From an uncultured Ectothiorhodospiraceae bacterium (GTDB taxonomy: Bacteria; Bacteroidota; Ignavibacteria; SZUA-365; GCA-2699105): a DNA stretch of 64,000 nucleotides. Where the stretch lies: contig CAYPBB010000010.1 in assembly GCA_964408855.1 (NCBI GenBank), forward strand, positions 9,362-73,361, read 5' to 3'. The notes beneath the pieces were generated by a model. It made no database searches. It was not told the DNA's origin and worked only from the letters and a program-made list of their open reading frames with translations. Of the stretch, positions 9,566 to 20,230 are shown in pieces. Position 1 is the first letter of the stretch. Each line of letters opens with the position of its first letter. Position numbers and translations under genes: made by a program.

Positions 9566-12412
9566 ATGGCTTCAGCAAACGGCGCGAACTCAGGAAAAAA
9601 GAAGAAAAACGGCGCAGCGACGGCGGTATCGAAAACCGGCGCCGTCAGTGCTTCCGTTCCCAACAGGAATCTCATCATCCGCGGGGCGCGGGTCAATAAT
9701 CTGAAAAACGTCTCCCTCGAGCTTCCGCGCAACAATCTCATCGTTGTCACGGGAGTCAGCGGTTCGGGCAAGTCGTCGCTGGCATTCGATACCATCTACG
9801 CCGAAGGACAGCGCCGGTACGTGGAAAGCCTTTCCTCCTACGCGCGGCAGTTCCTCGAGCGCATGAACAAGCCCGACGTGGATTTCATTCAGGGTATCGC
9901 TCCGGCAATCTCCATCGAACAGAAAACAGTCACTCGCAATCCGCGCTCCACCGTCGGTACGACAACGGAGATCTACGATTACCTGCGCCTTCTCTATGCC
10001 CGCATCGGCAAAACCTATTGCCTGAACGAAGGGCAGCGCGTGCAGCGCGACAGCGTACGTACGGTGCTGGAACGCCTCGAGGCCGTCCCCGACGGTACGC
10101 GCATCTATGTGCTCTTCCCTCTGCACGGTCATGAAGGACATACGATTGCAGAAGAGCTTGAGACGCTCAAAAACCGAGGCTTCGCGCGTATACTCATGCA
10201 TGGAGAGATTGTAGAACTGGAGTCAGCGGCAACTCTCGACGCGGAGAAGTCCGACGTCTTCGTCCTTGTCGACCGTCTTGCCTGGCGGCGGGAAGACACG
10301 TCGCGGCTGACCGATTCGCTCGAAACGGCGTTCACCGAAGGCGACGGCTACGTGCGCATCCGCTTCCACGAGAGCGGCGAGGAGTGGCGGTTCAGCAACC
10401 GGCACGAATGCTCCGCATGCGGCACGCAATACATGGAGCCCGATCCACAGTTGTTTTCATTCAATTCGCCGGCAGGCGCGTGTCCCACCTGTCAGGGCTT
10501 CGGACGCACCACCGGCATCGACCGTAATCTGGTCGTCCCGAACGATATGCTCTCGCTTGCCGGGAATGCGGTTCAACCCTGGAGCACACCCAAACATAGC
10601 AAGCATTACCGCGACCTGTTGCGCGTCGCGAAAGACAAAGGCGTCCCGGTCAACACCCCCTGGCGCGAGATGACGAAGGAGCAACAGGAATTTGTCTGGA
10701 ACGGCGCAAAGGGCTTCCTCGGCGTGAAGGGGTTCTTCAAGATGGTCGAGGAGAACAACTACAAAATGCACTACCGCATTCTTGCCGCACGGTATCGGGG
10801 TTACACCACTTGCGAGGAATGCGGAGGCTCACGCCTGCGCCCTGATGCGCGGGCAGTGAAGATCGGCGGAAAATCGCTCGGCGACCTGACCACCATCAGC
10901 ATCGAGAAGCTACGGAATTTCTTCCGGGGACTTCAGCTCGGCGAATACGACCTGGAGGTTGCCGACCGCATTCTGGAAGAAATCAACAAGCGGCTGGGAA
11001 TACTGGTGGATATCGGTCTCGGCTACCTGACACTGGACCGGCTTTCGCATACGCTTTCGGGCGGCGAATCGCAGCGTATCAACATCGCCTCGTCGCTCGG
11101 CTCCACCCTTGTCGGAGCGCTATATGTGCTCGACGAACCCACTATCGGTCTGCATCCCCGCGATAACACGCGGCTCATCAATATCCTGCTCTCCATCCGC
11201 AATCTCGGGAACACCGTGCTGGTGGTGGAACACGACGCCGAAATGATGCAGCTTGCCGACCTCATTGTGGACATGGGTCCCTTCGCAGGCGAAAACGGCG
11301 GCGAGATCGTCGCCATCGCAACGCCGAAACAGATCGTCAAAGAGAAAGCCTCGCTGACGGGACAGTTCCTTGCGGGCAAACTCACGATTCCCGTTCCGAA
11401 GAAACGCCGCAAATCTACAAAACACGTTAGTATCCTCAGTCCCCGGCAGAACAATCTCAAAGGCGACGACATTGTCGTGCCGCTGGATGTGATGACCGTC
11501 GTCACGGGCGTGAGCGGCTCTGGCAAGAGTACGCTGGTACACGATATTCTGTACGGTGGATTGAAGAAGGAAATCGACGGGGTATTCGAAGGCGAAGTGG
11601 GGATGTTCGGAGGATTCAAGGGATCGTCGCACGTCAAACATGTCGAGATGGTGGATCAAAGTCCTATCGGGCGGACGCCGCGCTCCAATCCGATTACGTA
11701 TATCAAGGCGTTCGACGCCATCCGCGATGTGTTTGCCTCGACGCCCCGCGCGAAAATACAGGGGTACGCGCCGGGCTACTTCTCGTTCAACGTGCCCGGC
11801 GGCAGGTGCGATACCTGCGAAGGCGACGGCTTCATCAAGGTCGAGATGCAGTTCATGGCGGACCTGTTCCTCGAGTGCGAAACCTGCAAGGGCACGCGCT
11901 ACAAGAAGGAAATCCTCGACGTGGAATTCCGCGGCAAAAACATTGTCGATGTGCTGAACATGACGGTCGCCGAGGCGCTGAAGTTCTTCGAAGCCGTGCC
12001 GCGCATCACCAATCGTCTGCAGGTGCTGGAAGACGTGGGACTGGGCTATATGCGGCTGGGTCAAAGCGCGACGACGCTTTCCGGCGGCGAGGCGCAACGC
12101 CTGAAACTGGCGCTGCATCTCTTCTCCAGCACCGACGAGCATACGTTGTTTATCTTCGACGAGCCGACGACGGGTTTGCATCCCTACGATATTCACAAGC
12201 TGCTGGAATGCTTCAGTGCGCTGATCGATGCCGGACACAGCGTGCTCATCATCGAGCACAACCTCGACGTCATCAAATCCGCCGATTGGGTGATCGACCT
12301 GGGTCCCGAAGGCGGCGAGGCAGGCGGTTCGCTTGTCGCCGCAGGCACGCCCGAGGAAATTGTAAAGGTCAGGGGCAGCTACACGGGGCAGTATCTGAAG
12401 GATGTGTTGTAG
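9566..12412 (+). CDS. uvrA: Excinuclease ABC subunit A
   Basis: Two ABC cassettes (GVSGSGKS twice, [26 protein letters not shown]) and CxxC zinc fingers. Confidence 0.98.
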   Translation: MASANGANSGKKKKNGAATAVSKTGAVSASVPNRNLIIRGARVNNLKNVSLELPRNNLIVVTGVSGSGKSSLAFDTIYAEGQRRYVESLSSYARQFLERMNKPDVDFIQGIAPAISIEQKTVTRNPRSTVGTTTEIYDYLRLLYARIGKTYCLNEGQRVQRDSVRTVLERLEAVPDGTRIYVLFPLHGHEGHTIAEELETLKNRGFARILMHGEIVELESAATLDAEKSDVFVLVDRLAWRREDTSRLTDSLETAFTEGDGYVRIRFHESGEEWRFSNRHECSACGTQYMEPDPQLFSFNSPAGACPTCQGFGRTTGIDRNLVVPNDMLSLAGNAVQPWSTPKHSKHYRDLLRVAKDKGVPVNTPWREMTKEQQEFVWNGAKGFLGVKGFFKMVEENNYKMHYRILAARYRGYTTCEECGGSRLRPDARAVKIGGKSLGDLTTISIEKLRNFFRGLQLGEYDLEVADRILEEINKRLGILVDIGLGYLTLDRLSHTLSGGESQRINIASSLGSTLVGALYVLDEPTIGLHPRDNTRLINILLSIRNLGNTVLVVEHDAEMMQLADLIVDMGPFAGENGGEIVAIATPKQIVKEKASLTGQFLAGKLTIPVPKKRRKSTKHVSILSPRQNNLKGDDIVVPLDVMTVVTGVSGSGKSTLVHDILYGGLKKEIDGVFEGEVGMFGGFKGSSHVKHVEMVDQSPIGRTPRSNPITYIKAFDAIRDVFASTPRAKIQGYAPGYFSFNVPGGRCDTCEGDGFIKVEMQFMADLFLECETCKGTRYKKEILDVEFRGKNIVDVLNMTVAEALKFFEAVPRITNRLQVLEDVGLGYMRLGQSATTLSGGEAQRLKLALHLFSSTDEHTLFIFDEPTTGLHPYDIHKLLECFSALIDAGHSVLIIEHNLDVIKSADWVIDLGPEGGEAGGSLVAAGTPEEIVKVRGSYTGQYLKDVL

Positions 12413-12515
12413 GGGGGAGTATAAACGCAGGTCGTTTAATGGATAGAAACTGAAGAACTTGTTTTATAATAATAAATTCCCGCCTCGAAGAACCCGTCAT
12501 CTTTCGATCGGAACA

Positions 12516-12541
12516 CTAGCACCGGCGTTCGCCGGTGCTAG
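12516..12541. terminator. Perfect hairpin between convergent uvrA and PKD genes
   Basis: CTAGCACCGGC-GTTC-GCCGGTGCTAG. Confidence 0.65.
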
Positions 12542-12592
12542 CAAAACCCCCACGTATCATTATTTCCATATAGAACGACGCACGCATCATAG

Positions 12593-14041
12593 TTATTTCC
12601 TATAGAAGTGAACGTCGATATACATATCGGACGTAGGTTCGGTTGAGAGCAAACTATAATACGAGCCGCGAATGTAACGTTCGTCATGAGCGCTATAACC
12701 TAAGGATAGTATGCTGCCAAAATCCTTTACGCCTTCAAGACGATAATGGCAGTCAGATCCCATTGCGGAGGAGATGGGGATATGTTTCGCAATCAACCTC
12801 ACGTTTTTTTCCAAATTAAACACACCCGCATTAAATGCTCCGGAATCGTCATGTGTATAGAGAGAATCGATCATTAATCCATCCGGCGACAACACGGCTA
12901 TGAATTTTACATCATGCGAAAAGCCGGACATTCCCGAACCCGCGGATTGCATCGCCTCGAAAGAAAACACGTTCCCGTTCCAACCAGTGCGCTTGAACGA
13001 ATCCATAAATGTTTCGATAACGAATCGATCGGAGTCATAAAATACTGAGTCGATTCCATTTGGAAAAGAATTGTTATAATAGTGTAGATTAAACCTCCCT
13101 TTGACATGAATTGTAACATCTATCCAATTCCATTGGCGCCATACCGGCTTGTTCTCCGTTACGACGATGTCCGTTGTTGCGATAAGGGGAAACGAAATGC
13201 TCAGGTCGCTTAACCTCAGTGTAACGCTGAAGGTACCTTTCGTTTTGTAGGTATGAGAAACGACCGGCGTGCTGATAAACTCATGCTGAGAGCCATCTCC
13301 GAAATCCCATTCATATGTTGGGGCGAACAATATGGCGCCATTGTGCTCAGCTTTGAATTGCACGGGGGCGCCTGCCTCCGGATTTGTAGTAAGCAGAACG
13401 ATTGACGCCGTTCTTGCAGTTGTCGGCTGAATCGTTAACGAATCGCGCATGACTGTATTGGTTGAAGCATCTTCGAGGCGCATCCGGACCGTATACTCGC
13501 GACTCTCTGCAAATGAATGCGAGACAGTATCGGCATTCCTGGTTACCGTCGGAGTGCCGTCTCCGAAGTCCCACTCAAACGAAGGGGCATCCAACGCCGG
13601 GCCGGTGTACTCTGCCTTGAACTGCACGGGCGCACCGACTTCCGGACTCGCGGTTAACGCCACGACGTGCACCGATCTCCCATCGGTAATTTGTACGATG
13701 ATCGAATCGCGCACGTCAATGTTTGTGGAAGAATCGACGAGATGTACCGTAACAGTGAACTGCCCGCCACTATAAAATGAATGCGATACCGTATCAGCGC
13801 TTGTGTTTACTGTAGGTGTGTTATCTCCAAAATTCCACGTAAAAGACGGATGAGCCAACGGGGCGCCTGTATACTGCGCCTTAAACACAACCGGCTCACC
13901 GATCGAGGGATTTGGCGTTTCAACGACAATGGACACACTCGGCGTCTGTGACGGCGCTATGGGATTGTCGTCTTTTGAGCATGAAGAAATGACAAGGAGG
14001 ATGACGACTAAAACAAATGTGAACCTAAAATGAAATAACAT
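12593..14041 (-). CDS. Lipoprotein with three PKD domains and an unknown C-terminal domain
   Basis: Lipobox ISSC; three repeats of PVxFKA...WxFGDxT...SHxF/Y; GGAGG RBS. Confidence 0.85.
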   Translation of the reverse strand: MLFHFRFTFVLVVILLVISSCSKDDNPIAPSQTPSVSIVVETPNPSIGEPVVFKAQYTGAPLAHPSFTWNFGDNTPTVNTSADTVSHSFYSGGQFTVTVHLVDSSTNIDVRDSIIVQITDGRSVHVVALTASPEVGAPVQFKAEYTGPALDAPSFEWDFGDGTPTVTRNADTVSHSFAESREYTVRMRLEDASTNTVMRDSLTIQPTTARTASIVLLTTNPEAGAPVQFKAEHNGAILFAPTYEWDFGDGSQHEFISTPVVSHTYKTKGTFSVTLRLSDLSISFPLIATTDIVVTENKPVWRQWNWIDVTIHVKGRFNLHYYNNSFPNGIDSVFYDSDRFVIETFMDSFKRTGWNGNVFSFEAMQSAGSGMSGFSHDVKFIAVLSPDGLMIDSLYTHDDSGAFNAGVFNLEKNVRLIAKHIPISSAMGSDCHYRLEGVKDFGSILSLGYSAHDERYIRGSYYSLLSTEPTSDMYIDVHFYRK

Positions 14042-14164
14042 TACGACCTCCAGGAGGTTAAAACCGGCAAAAATGGATGGCTATAGAATGGACAGCCGTA
14101 TCGTTGCTGAAGTTACAACAGCGGGATGAAGTCGGACAGCTAGATTCGGTCCCGCTATAACGCC

Positions 14165-14198
14165 GCAGGCGGGTGAAACCAGCGTGTCCTGATCGCGC
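14165..14198 (+). repeat. 34-bp direct repeat, copy 1 (intergenic)
   Basis: GCAGGCGGGTGAAACCAGCGTGTCCTGATCGCGC; 32/34 identical to 18693-18726. Confidence 0.9.
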
Positions 14199-14485
14199 TT
14201 AAATCCGCACTTCAACGGCGCCAGTTATAACTTGTGATCGCATTTCATCCCTCCTCTTCGGATTTATTGTTCTTTTTTCTTGCTTTCGTCGCATGCGGTC
14301 AGTATTATTGCTTGGTCTTTCATCTAACACTTCTTCGCGCGTTTTCTTATGGGAGCGTAATGCAAACTGACGATGCGGGGACATACACGTTCGATTGAGA
14401 TAATGTAGAATCTGGGAATCCAAGCCTCCACCGGATTCCTTCGTCTACGCGATGTAGGGTTTATTCACCTCCAAAGGTTCATGCT

Positions 14486-15442
14486 ATGCGTCTCGTTCCA
14501 GGACTTTGTGTCTCTTTCCTGCTGCTTCTTCTGGCGGCGCCATACACTTTGCCCGCGCAGGAGGAAGGAGCGATTTCCGCGACCATCATACCCGACGACT
14601 CGATGTTCGTTTACGGCGGTATGGTGTTCACACTAATTGTGCGTAATAATAGTGAGGATACGATTCTGTTCCTCGATACCATGAGCGATATGTATGTGCG
14701 GCTTGATAATGGGAAAGGGCGGGTGTATGTAAGCAAACGATTCTGGAGGCTCATTGTTGATACGATCCCAATAGCGCCATTGCACACTTTTAGAAGCAGA
14801 TTTGAACTAACAACATTGGGGGTGGCTGTAACTGCCTCAGATAACTTTGGTTGGGGTCCCTTCTTTGAGCCGGATATCTATGATATGCATGATACTCTTA
14901 TGTATTCTTCACCAGATAGTAAAAATGAGATAAAGCGGTGTATCATACATCAAACCGTTCACATCAATGAGACATCTCGAAAAGACAAGGAGTTACTTGA
15001 AGCGTATAGGGCTGCACAAAACAGAATGATGAGTTTCTTTTATGGAATGGAATTTGCGGGAGCAAGTTCAACGTCAGCATTTAGTGCTGGGCTTCGCGAT
15101 TACGCAACATTTGCAGATACCTGTTCCAATAAATGGCATCGGCGCAGATTTTTGCAGGCATATATAGAAATTGCAGTCGAGCAAATTCTTACTATGGGAA
15201 TGGGATACTTTATTCCCGATGATGCCGACGCTTTTAAGGCTGATATCAAGAAACGACTTGAATATTTTATTGTATCGTACCCGGATATGCCGTTTGCGCG
15301 GTTTTGTGCGATGCATTTGCGGTTGCACGATCCCGAGCCGGAGTTTATCGACAAGCTCAAACAACAGGGTATATTCCAACGCCTACTACCATATCTGACG
15401 AGTAAAACGGTCAGCTATCAGGAAGGCGATATATTGAGATAA
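14486..15442 (+). CDS. Hypothetical exported protein
   Basis: 318-aa ORF with signal peptide; first of four co-oriented AT-richer genes. Confidence 0.7.
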   Translation: MRLVPGLCVSFLLLLLAAPYTLPAQEEGAISATIIPDDSMFVYGGMVFTLIVRNNSEDTILFLDTMSDMYVRLDNGKGRVYVSKRFWRLIVDTIPIAPLHTFRSRFELTTLGVAVTASDNFGWGPFFEPDIYDMHDTLMYSSPDSKNEIKRCIIHQTVHINETSRKDKELLEAYRAAQNRMMSFFYGMEFAGASSTSAFSAGLRDYATFADTCSNKWHRRRFLQAYIEIAVEQILTMGMGYFIPDDADAFKADIKKRLEYFIVSYPDMPFARFCAMHLRLHDPEPEFIDKLKQQGIFQRLLPYLTSKTVSYQEGDILR

Positions 15443-15461
15443 TAACCAACAAAAACATCAA

Positions 15462-16334
15462 GTGGAGGGTATTATGAAGCAATCAAGATTCATTCAGATG
15501 ATCATTGGGTTGATCCTTTTAGCAATTATTGCAGGATGTGATGCGTCTCCAGAAAGCAATATTAGAACAAACAGCAGAATGCTAGGATCGAGTCAGCTGC
15601 CGACCGTGTATGTTCCTTACAACACAGATAATCCATATGATTCTATTGGCGTGATGCATAACGACGCCATCATATATGCGTTATGTCAGTTAAGTAGTTC
15701 GGACAGCACTACAGCGTTGTGTGTTGCAAGAACAAAACTTGGAATGGTCGATTGGATGACTACGCATTTGCCGTTTAGCGCAGTAACTGTAGGCGCAGCA
15801 TTTGACTCAGCGGGAATAGATGCCGCGAATATTAATCTGATACCAATCAATAACTTATTAAACAGCTACAGTCTTTCCGTGTATGCGGCAGGAGAGTGTG
15901 ATTACATAAATAGAATAATTCAAGTTGCGGCAATGTCAGCTTCCGTCGACGAGAAGAGAGATAGTATTCTCGCGATAGAATACGACGTCGTACATGGCGT
16001 TAATCCTACCCCAGATATTTTGTGTACTATTTCCATTGCGAAATATTCGTTGTATCTCTGGACACATGCCTTCGCGTCGTACTGTAAAACGAGTAGAGCC
16101 TGGATGTACGCTAAGCCTGCGGAATATTTAATGATGCCGTATATTATACATATTGCCGATGTGGTTGGGTATATTGAAGGAAGCATCGAAGCAGCCAGAC
16201 AGGGTTTATCTGGATGCGAGAGAAATGAATATATTGGTATGTATAAAACAGAAACCTCCGCCAATGCCTATTGCATGTATTACGAAGGCGCGGATCGTTG
16301 CGAGTTTTACGAATTGATGAACTGCGGTAACTAA
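15462..16334 (+). CDS. Hypothetical lipoprotein
   Basis: Lipobox IIAGC; GGAGG RBS; NPYDSIGVMHN and SIAKYSLYLW motifs. Confidence 0.72.
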   Translation: MEGIMKQSRFIQMIIGLILLAIIAGCDASPESNIRTNSRMLGSSQLPTVYVPYNTDNPYDSIGVMHNDAIIYALCQLSSSDSTTALCVARTKLGMVDWMTTHLPFSAVTVGAAFDSAGIDAANINLIPINNLLNSYSLSVYAAGECDYINRIIQVAAMSASVDEKRDSILAIEYDVVHGVNPTPDILCTISIAKYSLYLWTHAFASYCKTSRAWMYAKPAEYLMMPYIIHIADVVGYIEGSIEAARQGLSGCERNEYIGMYKTETSANAYCMYYEGADRCEFYELMNCGN

Positions 16335-16371
16335 CGTCTTACGCACAAACACCTAAAGATGGAGAACTACA

Positions 16372-17334
16372 ATGCACAAGCCGATAGGAACTGTTACGCT
16401 ACTTTGTGTTATAATGTTGCTCTACACATATCCCATGTATTCGCAAATACAGGTTTGGTACGACAACGACTCCTGCGATGTGATTCATAATACAAAAATC
16501 TCATATATGCCGCCAGTCATACCGTCAATGCCGTATCAGGTATTGGCGGGCTATGTGGCAATGGACAGCATTTTTAGAACGGCCAGCTACGATGCTTTGT
16601 TGTCGCGCGCAATGACCATGCCGAAAGACTCGATTGAAATGGGAATTCGCTTTTGGTTTTACATGAAGGATTACAATCCACTTTTATTTGGAGAATACTG
16701 GAAAGCTGCTGCAAAAAGATCCGACTACCTAATATCGCCCTCCCAACTTCAACAGGTACTACGAAAATGCTACTTTGAACGATTTGGTATTTGGAGCAAC
16801 ATAGCTGAAGTAATAATAGGTACTGACTATATTCTTCATGTACGGGTTATTGGACAATCGTCTTATCAATCTATTTTGCCCACGCTTGGGTATGAAGCCG
16901 AAAACTATTGCGCAAGGGTTGAGTTCATAGAAAAAGTTACGGGACAGATCTTACCAAATGCCTGTCAACACAATAATGCCGGGGATGAGGAACCTCCTGA
17001 ATGTTTGAATATTGGATGGGCAAGAATCGCGTTAAGTCAATGTACGACCTATGATGATTCGCTCCAGTCGTTGCCATATGGTCCCGATTTAATGGAAATC
17101 GGCAAAGAATATCTTGTCTTTCTCAATCTTGGAATGCTTTCGAACATAGACGAAGGGACAAGTACGTATAACGTTGGACAATCAACGAAGCTAGTAAGAA
17201 AAAACTGGGTTCTGCCGATAGAAAATGGAACGGTTACGGATAAGGAAAATGTGTTTGGATGGGGTGGAAGCGTACCAGTTGAGACATTCAAACAGTATAT
17301 TCATGAAAGCATAACAGAAGCAATTGGGAGGTAA
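16372..17334 (+). CDS. Hypothetical exported protein
   Basis: 320-aa ORF, GGAG RBS, hydrophobic N-terminus; overlaps start of next gene. Confidence 0.7.
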   Translation: MHKPIGTVTLLCVIMLLYTYPMYSQIQVWYDNDSCDVIHNTKISYMPPVIPSMPYQVLAGYVAMDSIFRTASYDALLSRAMTMPKDSIEMGIRFWFYMKDYNPLLFGEYWKAAAKRSDYLISPSQLQQVLRKCYFERFGIWSNIAEVIIGTDYILHVRVIGQSSYQSILPTLGYEAENYCARVEFIEKVTGQILPNACQHNNAGDEEPPECLNIGWARIALSQCTTYDDSLQSLPYGPDLMEIGKEYLVFLNLGMLSNIDEGTSTYNVGQSTKLVRKNWVLPIENGTVTDKENVFGWGGSVPVETFKQYIHESITEAIGR

Positions 17335-18571
17335 TATGCGCCTAATATCTTCATCTTTTGTGCTGTTTGTTGTCCTAACGGAATTGCTTGACACTAACTG
17401 TTGTGGGCAAGCGAATACATTCCCGCAATGCAGGACTAATCCTGCGCCTGGATACTGCATGCCTTACACTATTACTGGTGGTAATGTAGGACAAGAAGAC
17501 TGTGGCAGGACTCCTTATACATCTCCAAATGTAACTACGTATCGATGCAAAAGAAACCCAGAAGGCAACGACTATGCCCCTGATGTATGGTCGGCTTGTT
17601 CAACTGTACGTATTTGCGTTCGAGATTGGGACAAATTCGAAAATATGAGTAATGGTAGCGCCGAAGAATTTAAGGAAAGACGCTGTAAAACTGGCATAGA
17701 TATGGGCCTAAAGGACGCAGTGGACGATGTTCTGTACAGATATAAAACGGTATGTTCCGATTACGGAAGCACGTTTAGTAAATTCTACAATGGAGGAACT
17801 TGTGCTGATACCTTTCCAGACCTCCCGAATTGTGTCGTCCAAATTGATATGTGCACAGACTCAAAATCATGGTATACACTTACCAATGATTACGGAGTTG
17901 AATCGACATGTGGAATAGCAAGATTGCCGCAGAAACCAAGGTGCTTCATCGTTCTCAACTTCACGAAAAACTTCACTGTACAAGACTATCCTAACGGAGT
18001 ATCAAAACGATGGGCTGAACCAGGAGGATGTGACTGTACAACACTGAAGTGTAAATATTCTTCCTTAGATGAAAAATGTATTGACATCGAATCTGTGCTC
18101 TTACATGAATTCGGCCATATATTTGGCCTTCATCATATGATGTATTGTAACAGTACATGCACTCTTGAAAACCAAATGCAGATGGAATACTCAAATTACG
18201 CTTGTGGCAATGAGTTGGGCAATTGCGATAAATGCGGATTCTGTGCGCTATGGTGTCCAGCAAAATGCGGCTATACCGGCTCATCGGCGATCAATGGAAA
18301 TGAATATGCATCTCCCATGTCTCCGCGCTTCGAATTGTATCCAAATCCTTCGCCGCAAGCCGTGAACGTTGTTGTATCGATGCCTGTTGCAAACGCCGAT
18401 TTATTGGTTTATGACGAGTTGGGTGGCATCCGGGAATCGAGAGATATACATCGTTCCGGCAACGAAGCTGTGCTTATACTTGATTTTGCCCCGTATCCGA
18501 ATGGCACATACTATGTTGTGGTAACGAATACCTTCGGCATTACGTCGCGGACTGTGATCATTAATCGATAA
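17324..18571 (+). CDS. Cys-rich metzincin-type zinc metalloprotease with T9SS C-terminal sorting domain
   Basis: HEFGHIFGLHH = HExxHxxGxxH; about 30 Cys; C-terminal FELYPNPS...NGTYYVVV CTD. Confidence 0.82.
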   Translation: MGGNMRLISSSFVLFVVLTELLDTNCCGQANTFPQCRTNPAPGYCMPYTITGGNVGQEDCGRTPYTSPNVTTYRCKRNPEGNDYAPDVWSACSTVRICVRDWDKFENMSNGSAEEFKERRCKTGIDMGLKDAVDDVLYRYKTVCSDYGSTFSKFYNGGTCADTFPDLPNCVVQIDMCTDSKSWYTLTNDYGVESTCGIARLPQKPRCFIVLNFTKNFTVQDYPNGVSKRWAEPGGCDCTTLKCKYSSLDEKCIDIESVLLHEFGHIFGLHHMMYCNSTCTLENQMQMEYSNYACGNELGNCDKCGFCALWCPAKCGYTGSSAINGNEYASPMSPRFELYPNPSPQAVNVVVSMPVANADLLVYDELGGIRESRDIHRSGNEAVLILDFAPYPNGTYYVVVTNTFGITSRTVIINR

Positions 18572-18581
18572 GGTTCAAGCC

Positions 18582-20189
18582 CTACCCCACCACCTTTTCT
18601 ACCCATTGCTGGGCGCAGCGGATGCCGTCGATAGCGGCGGAGGTGATGCCGCCTGCGTAGCCCGCGCCTTCGCCGGCGGGATAGAAATTGCTGCAGGCGG
18701 GCGAAACCAGCGTCTCCTGATCGCGCACAATACGGTACGGCGACGAGGTGCGCGTTTCCGCGCCGAAGACCTGCGCCTCCGACGACCGGGCAAATCCGCG
18801 CATCTTCGTATCGAATATCCCGAATCCCCGCTGCAGGGCGTCGTACACAAACGCGGGAAACATCGTATGCATCGGAGCGGAGGCGATGGGATTGAGGCAG
18901 GAACTTTCGCCAAGCGTTTGCGACGCGCGTCCGTCGAGGAAATCGGTCAGACGCTGGGCGGGAATCACGTTGCTCATCCCCGGCGCATTCACCGAAGCGC
19001 GGAACTTCGCCTCGAGCTCCTTCTGAAACTCCAGTCCCGCATCCACTCCGGAATATCCCGCCTTGTCCAGATCCGCGAGGTTGACGTTCACCACCATCGC
19101 GGAATTGCTGAACCGTCCGCTTTTCAGGTAGTTGCTCATGCCGTTGGTCACGACGCCCTCGGCGCCCGTGCTGGCGTTGAGCACGTACCCGCCGGGACAC
19201 ATGCAGAAGCTGTACACCGCGCGGTTTGTCGCCCCTTCTGACGAGAGCCTGCCGTACTGCCAGGTTTGCGCCAGCTTGTACTGCGCCGTCTCGATACCGG
19301 GGTAGCGCTCGCTGTACTCCGAGCCGTACTGAATCCGGTTAATCGTATGCGCGCTATGCTCCACCCGCACCCCGACGGCGTACTCTTTCGTCTCCATGGG
19401 AATGCCCATGCGGCGAAGCAGCTCGTAGGTCTCGCGGGAGGAATGTCCCGTTGCCAGAAACAGCGCACCCGGCGCGTCGATTGTTCCAGCGGATGTTTCG
19501 ACTGTTTCCACGGCGCCTGAATCGCCGGTCGAAAAGCCGGTAAAACGCGTGTTGTAGCGAATCTCCACGCCGTGTGTCTGCATATCGGCAAGCATGCGGG
19601 TGATACACTGGCGGATCTTGTTGCTGCCGAGATGGGGATTGTACACGTAACGAATGTCCTCCGGTGCGCCGTAGGCAACGAACTGCTCCATGATAAATCC
19701 GATGTACGGCGAACGAATGCGCGTGATAAGCTTGCCGTCGGAATACGTGCCCGCGCCGCCCGCGCCGAAACAGATATTGCTGTACGGGTTTAATTCACCG
19801 CGTTTCATAAACCGCGCCATATCCCTGATGCGTTGCTCCATCGGAGGACCCTGTTCCAGAACGATGGGATTGAAACCGTGCAAATGCAGCCACAGAGCGC
19901 AGAAAATACCCGCGGGTCCCGTACCGACGATGACGGGTACCGGACGCGAACCGGAGGCGAAGGCACGCTGCGCTTTCGCGGACTGCGATTCGATCAACTG
20001 CCGGATTTCCTCGAGCGGATCGTCGAGATCGGTCGTCAGAGAGTACTGCACCTTGATTTCGCGCTGGCGCGCGTCGATGCTGCGTTTCAGAATGCGGTAC
20101 GGCACGGCGCTTCCGTGCATCTGCTCCACGGCGCGTTGAAGATCGGCTTCCGTGTGCGAAAAGGGCAAAATGATTTGAAACGCCGGCAT
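18582..20189 (-). CDS. Uncharacterised NAD(P)/FAD-dependent oxidoreductase (COG2509-like)
   Basis: IVGTGPAGIF dinucleotide fold; FGAGGAGTYSDGKL, YSFCMCPGG, ETRTSSP, YPAGEGAGYAGGITSAAIDG. Confidence 0.9.
   Translation of the reverse strand: MPAFQIILPFSHTEADLQRAVEQMHGSAVPYRILKRSIDARQREIKVQYSLTTDLDDPLEEIRQLIESQSAKAQRAFASGSRPVPVIVGTGPAGIFCALWLHLHGFNPIVLEQGPPMEQRIRDMARFMKRGELNPYSNICFGAGGAGTYSDGKLITRIRSPYIGFIMEQFVAYGAPEDIRYVYNPHLGSNKIRQCITRMLADMQTHGVEIRYNTRFTGFSTGDSGAVETVETSAGTIDAPGALFLATGHSSRETYELLRRMGIPMETKEYAVGVRVEHSAHTINRIQYGSEYSERYPGIETAQYKLAQTWQYGRLSSEGATNRAVYSFCMCPGGYVLNASTGAEGVVTNGMSNYLKSGRFSNSAMVVNVNLADLDKAGYSGVDAGLEFQKELEAKFRASVNAPGMSNVIPAQRLTDFLDGRASQTLGESSCLNPIASAPMHTMFPAFVYDALQRGFGIFDTKMRGFARSSEAQVFGAETRTSSPYRIVRDQETLVSPACSNFYPAGEGAGYAGGITSAAIDGIRCAQQWVEKVVG
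18693..18726 (+). repeat. 34-bp direct repeat, copy 2 (inside the oxidoreductase 3' end)
   Basis: GCAGGCGGGCGAAACCAGCGTCTCCTGATCGCGC. Confidence 0.9.
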
Positions 20190-20230
20190 AGTTATGGTGC
20201 GCTCTTGTAAATGGTGTTATAGAAATGCAG

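Noticed and set aside
9590-12259. Long antisense ORFs within uvrA (9590-10201, 11023-11637, 11120-12259)
   Set aside because: Shadow frames of a conserved gene
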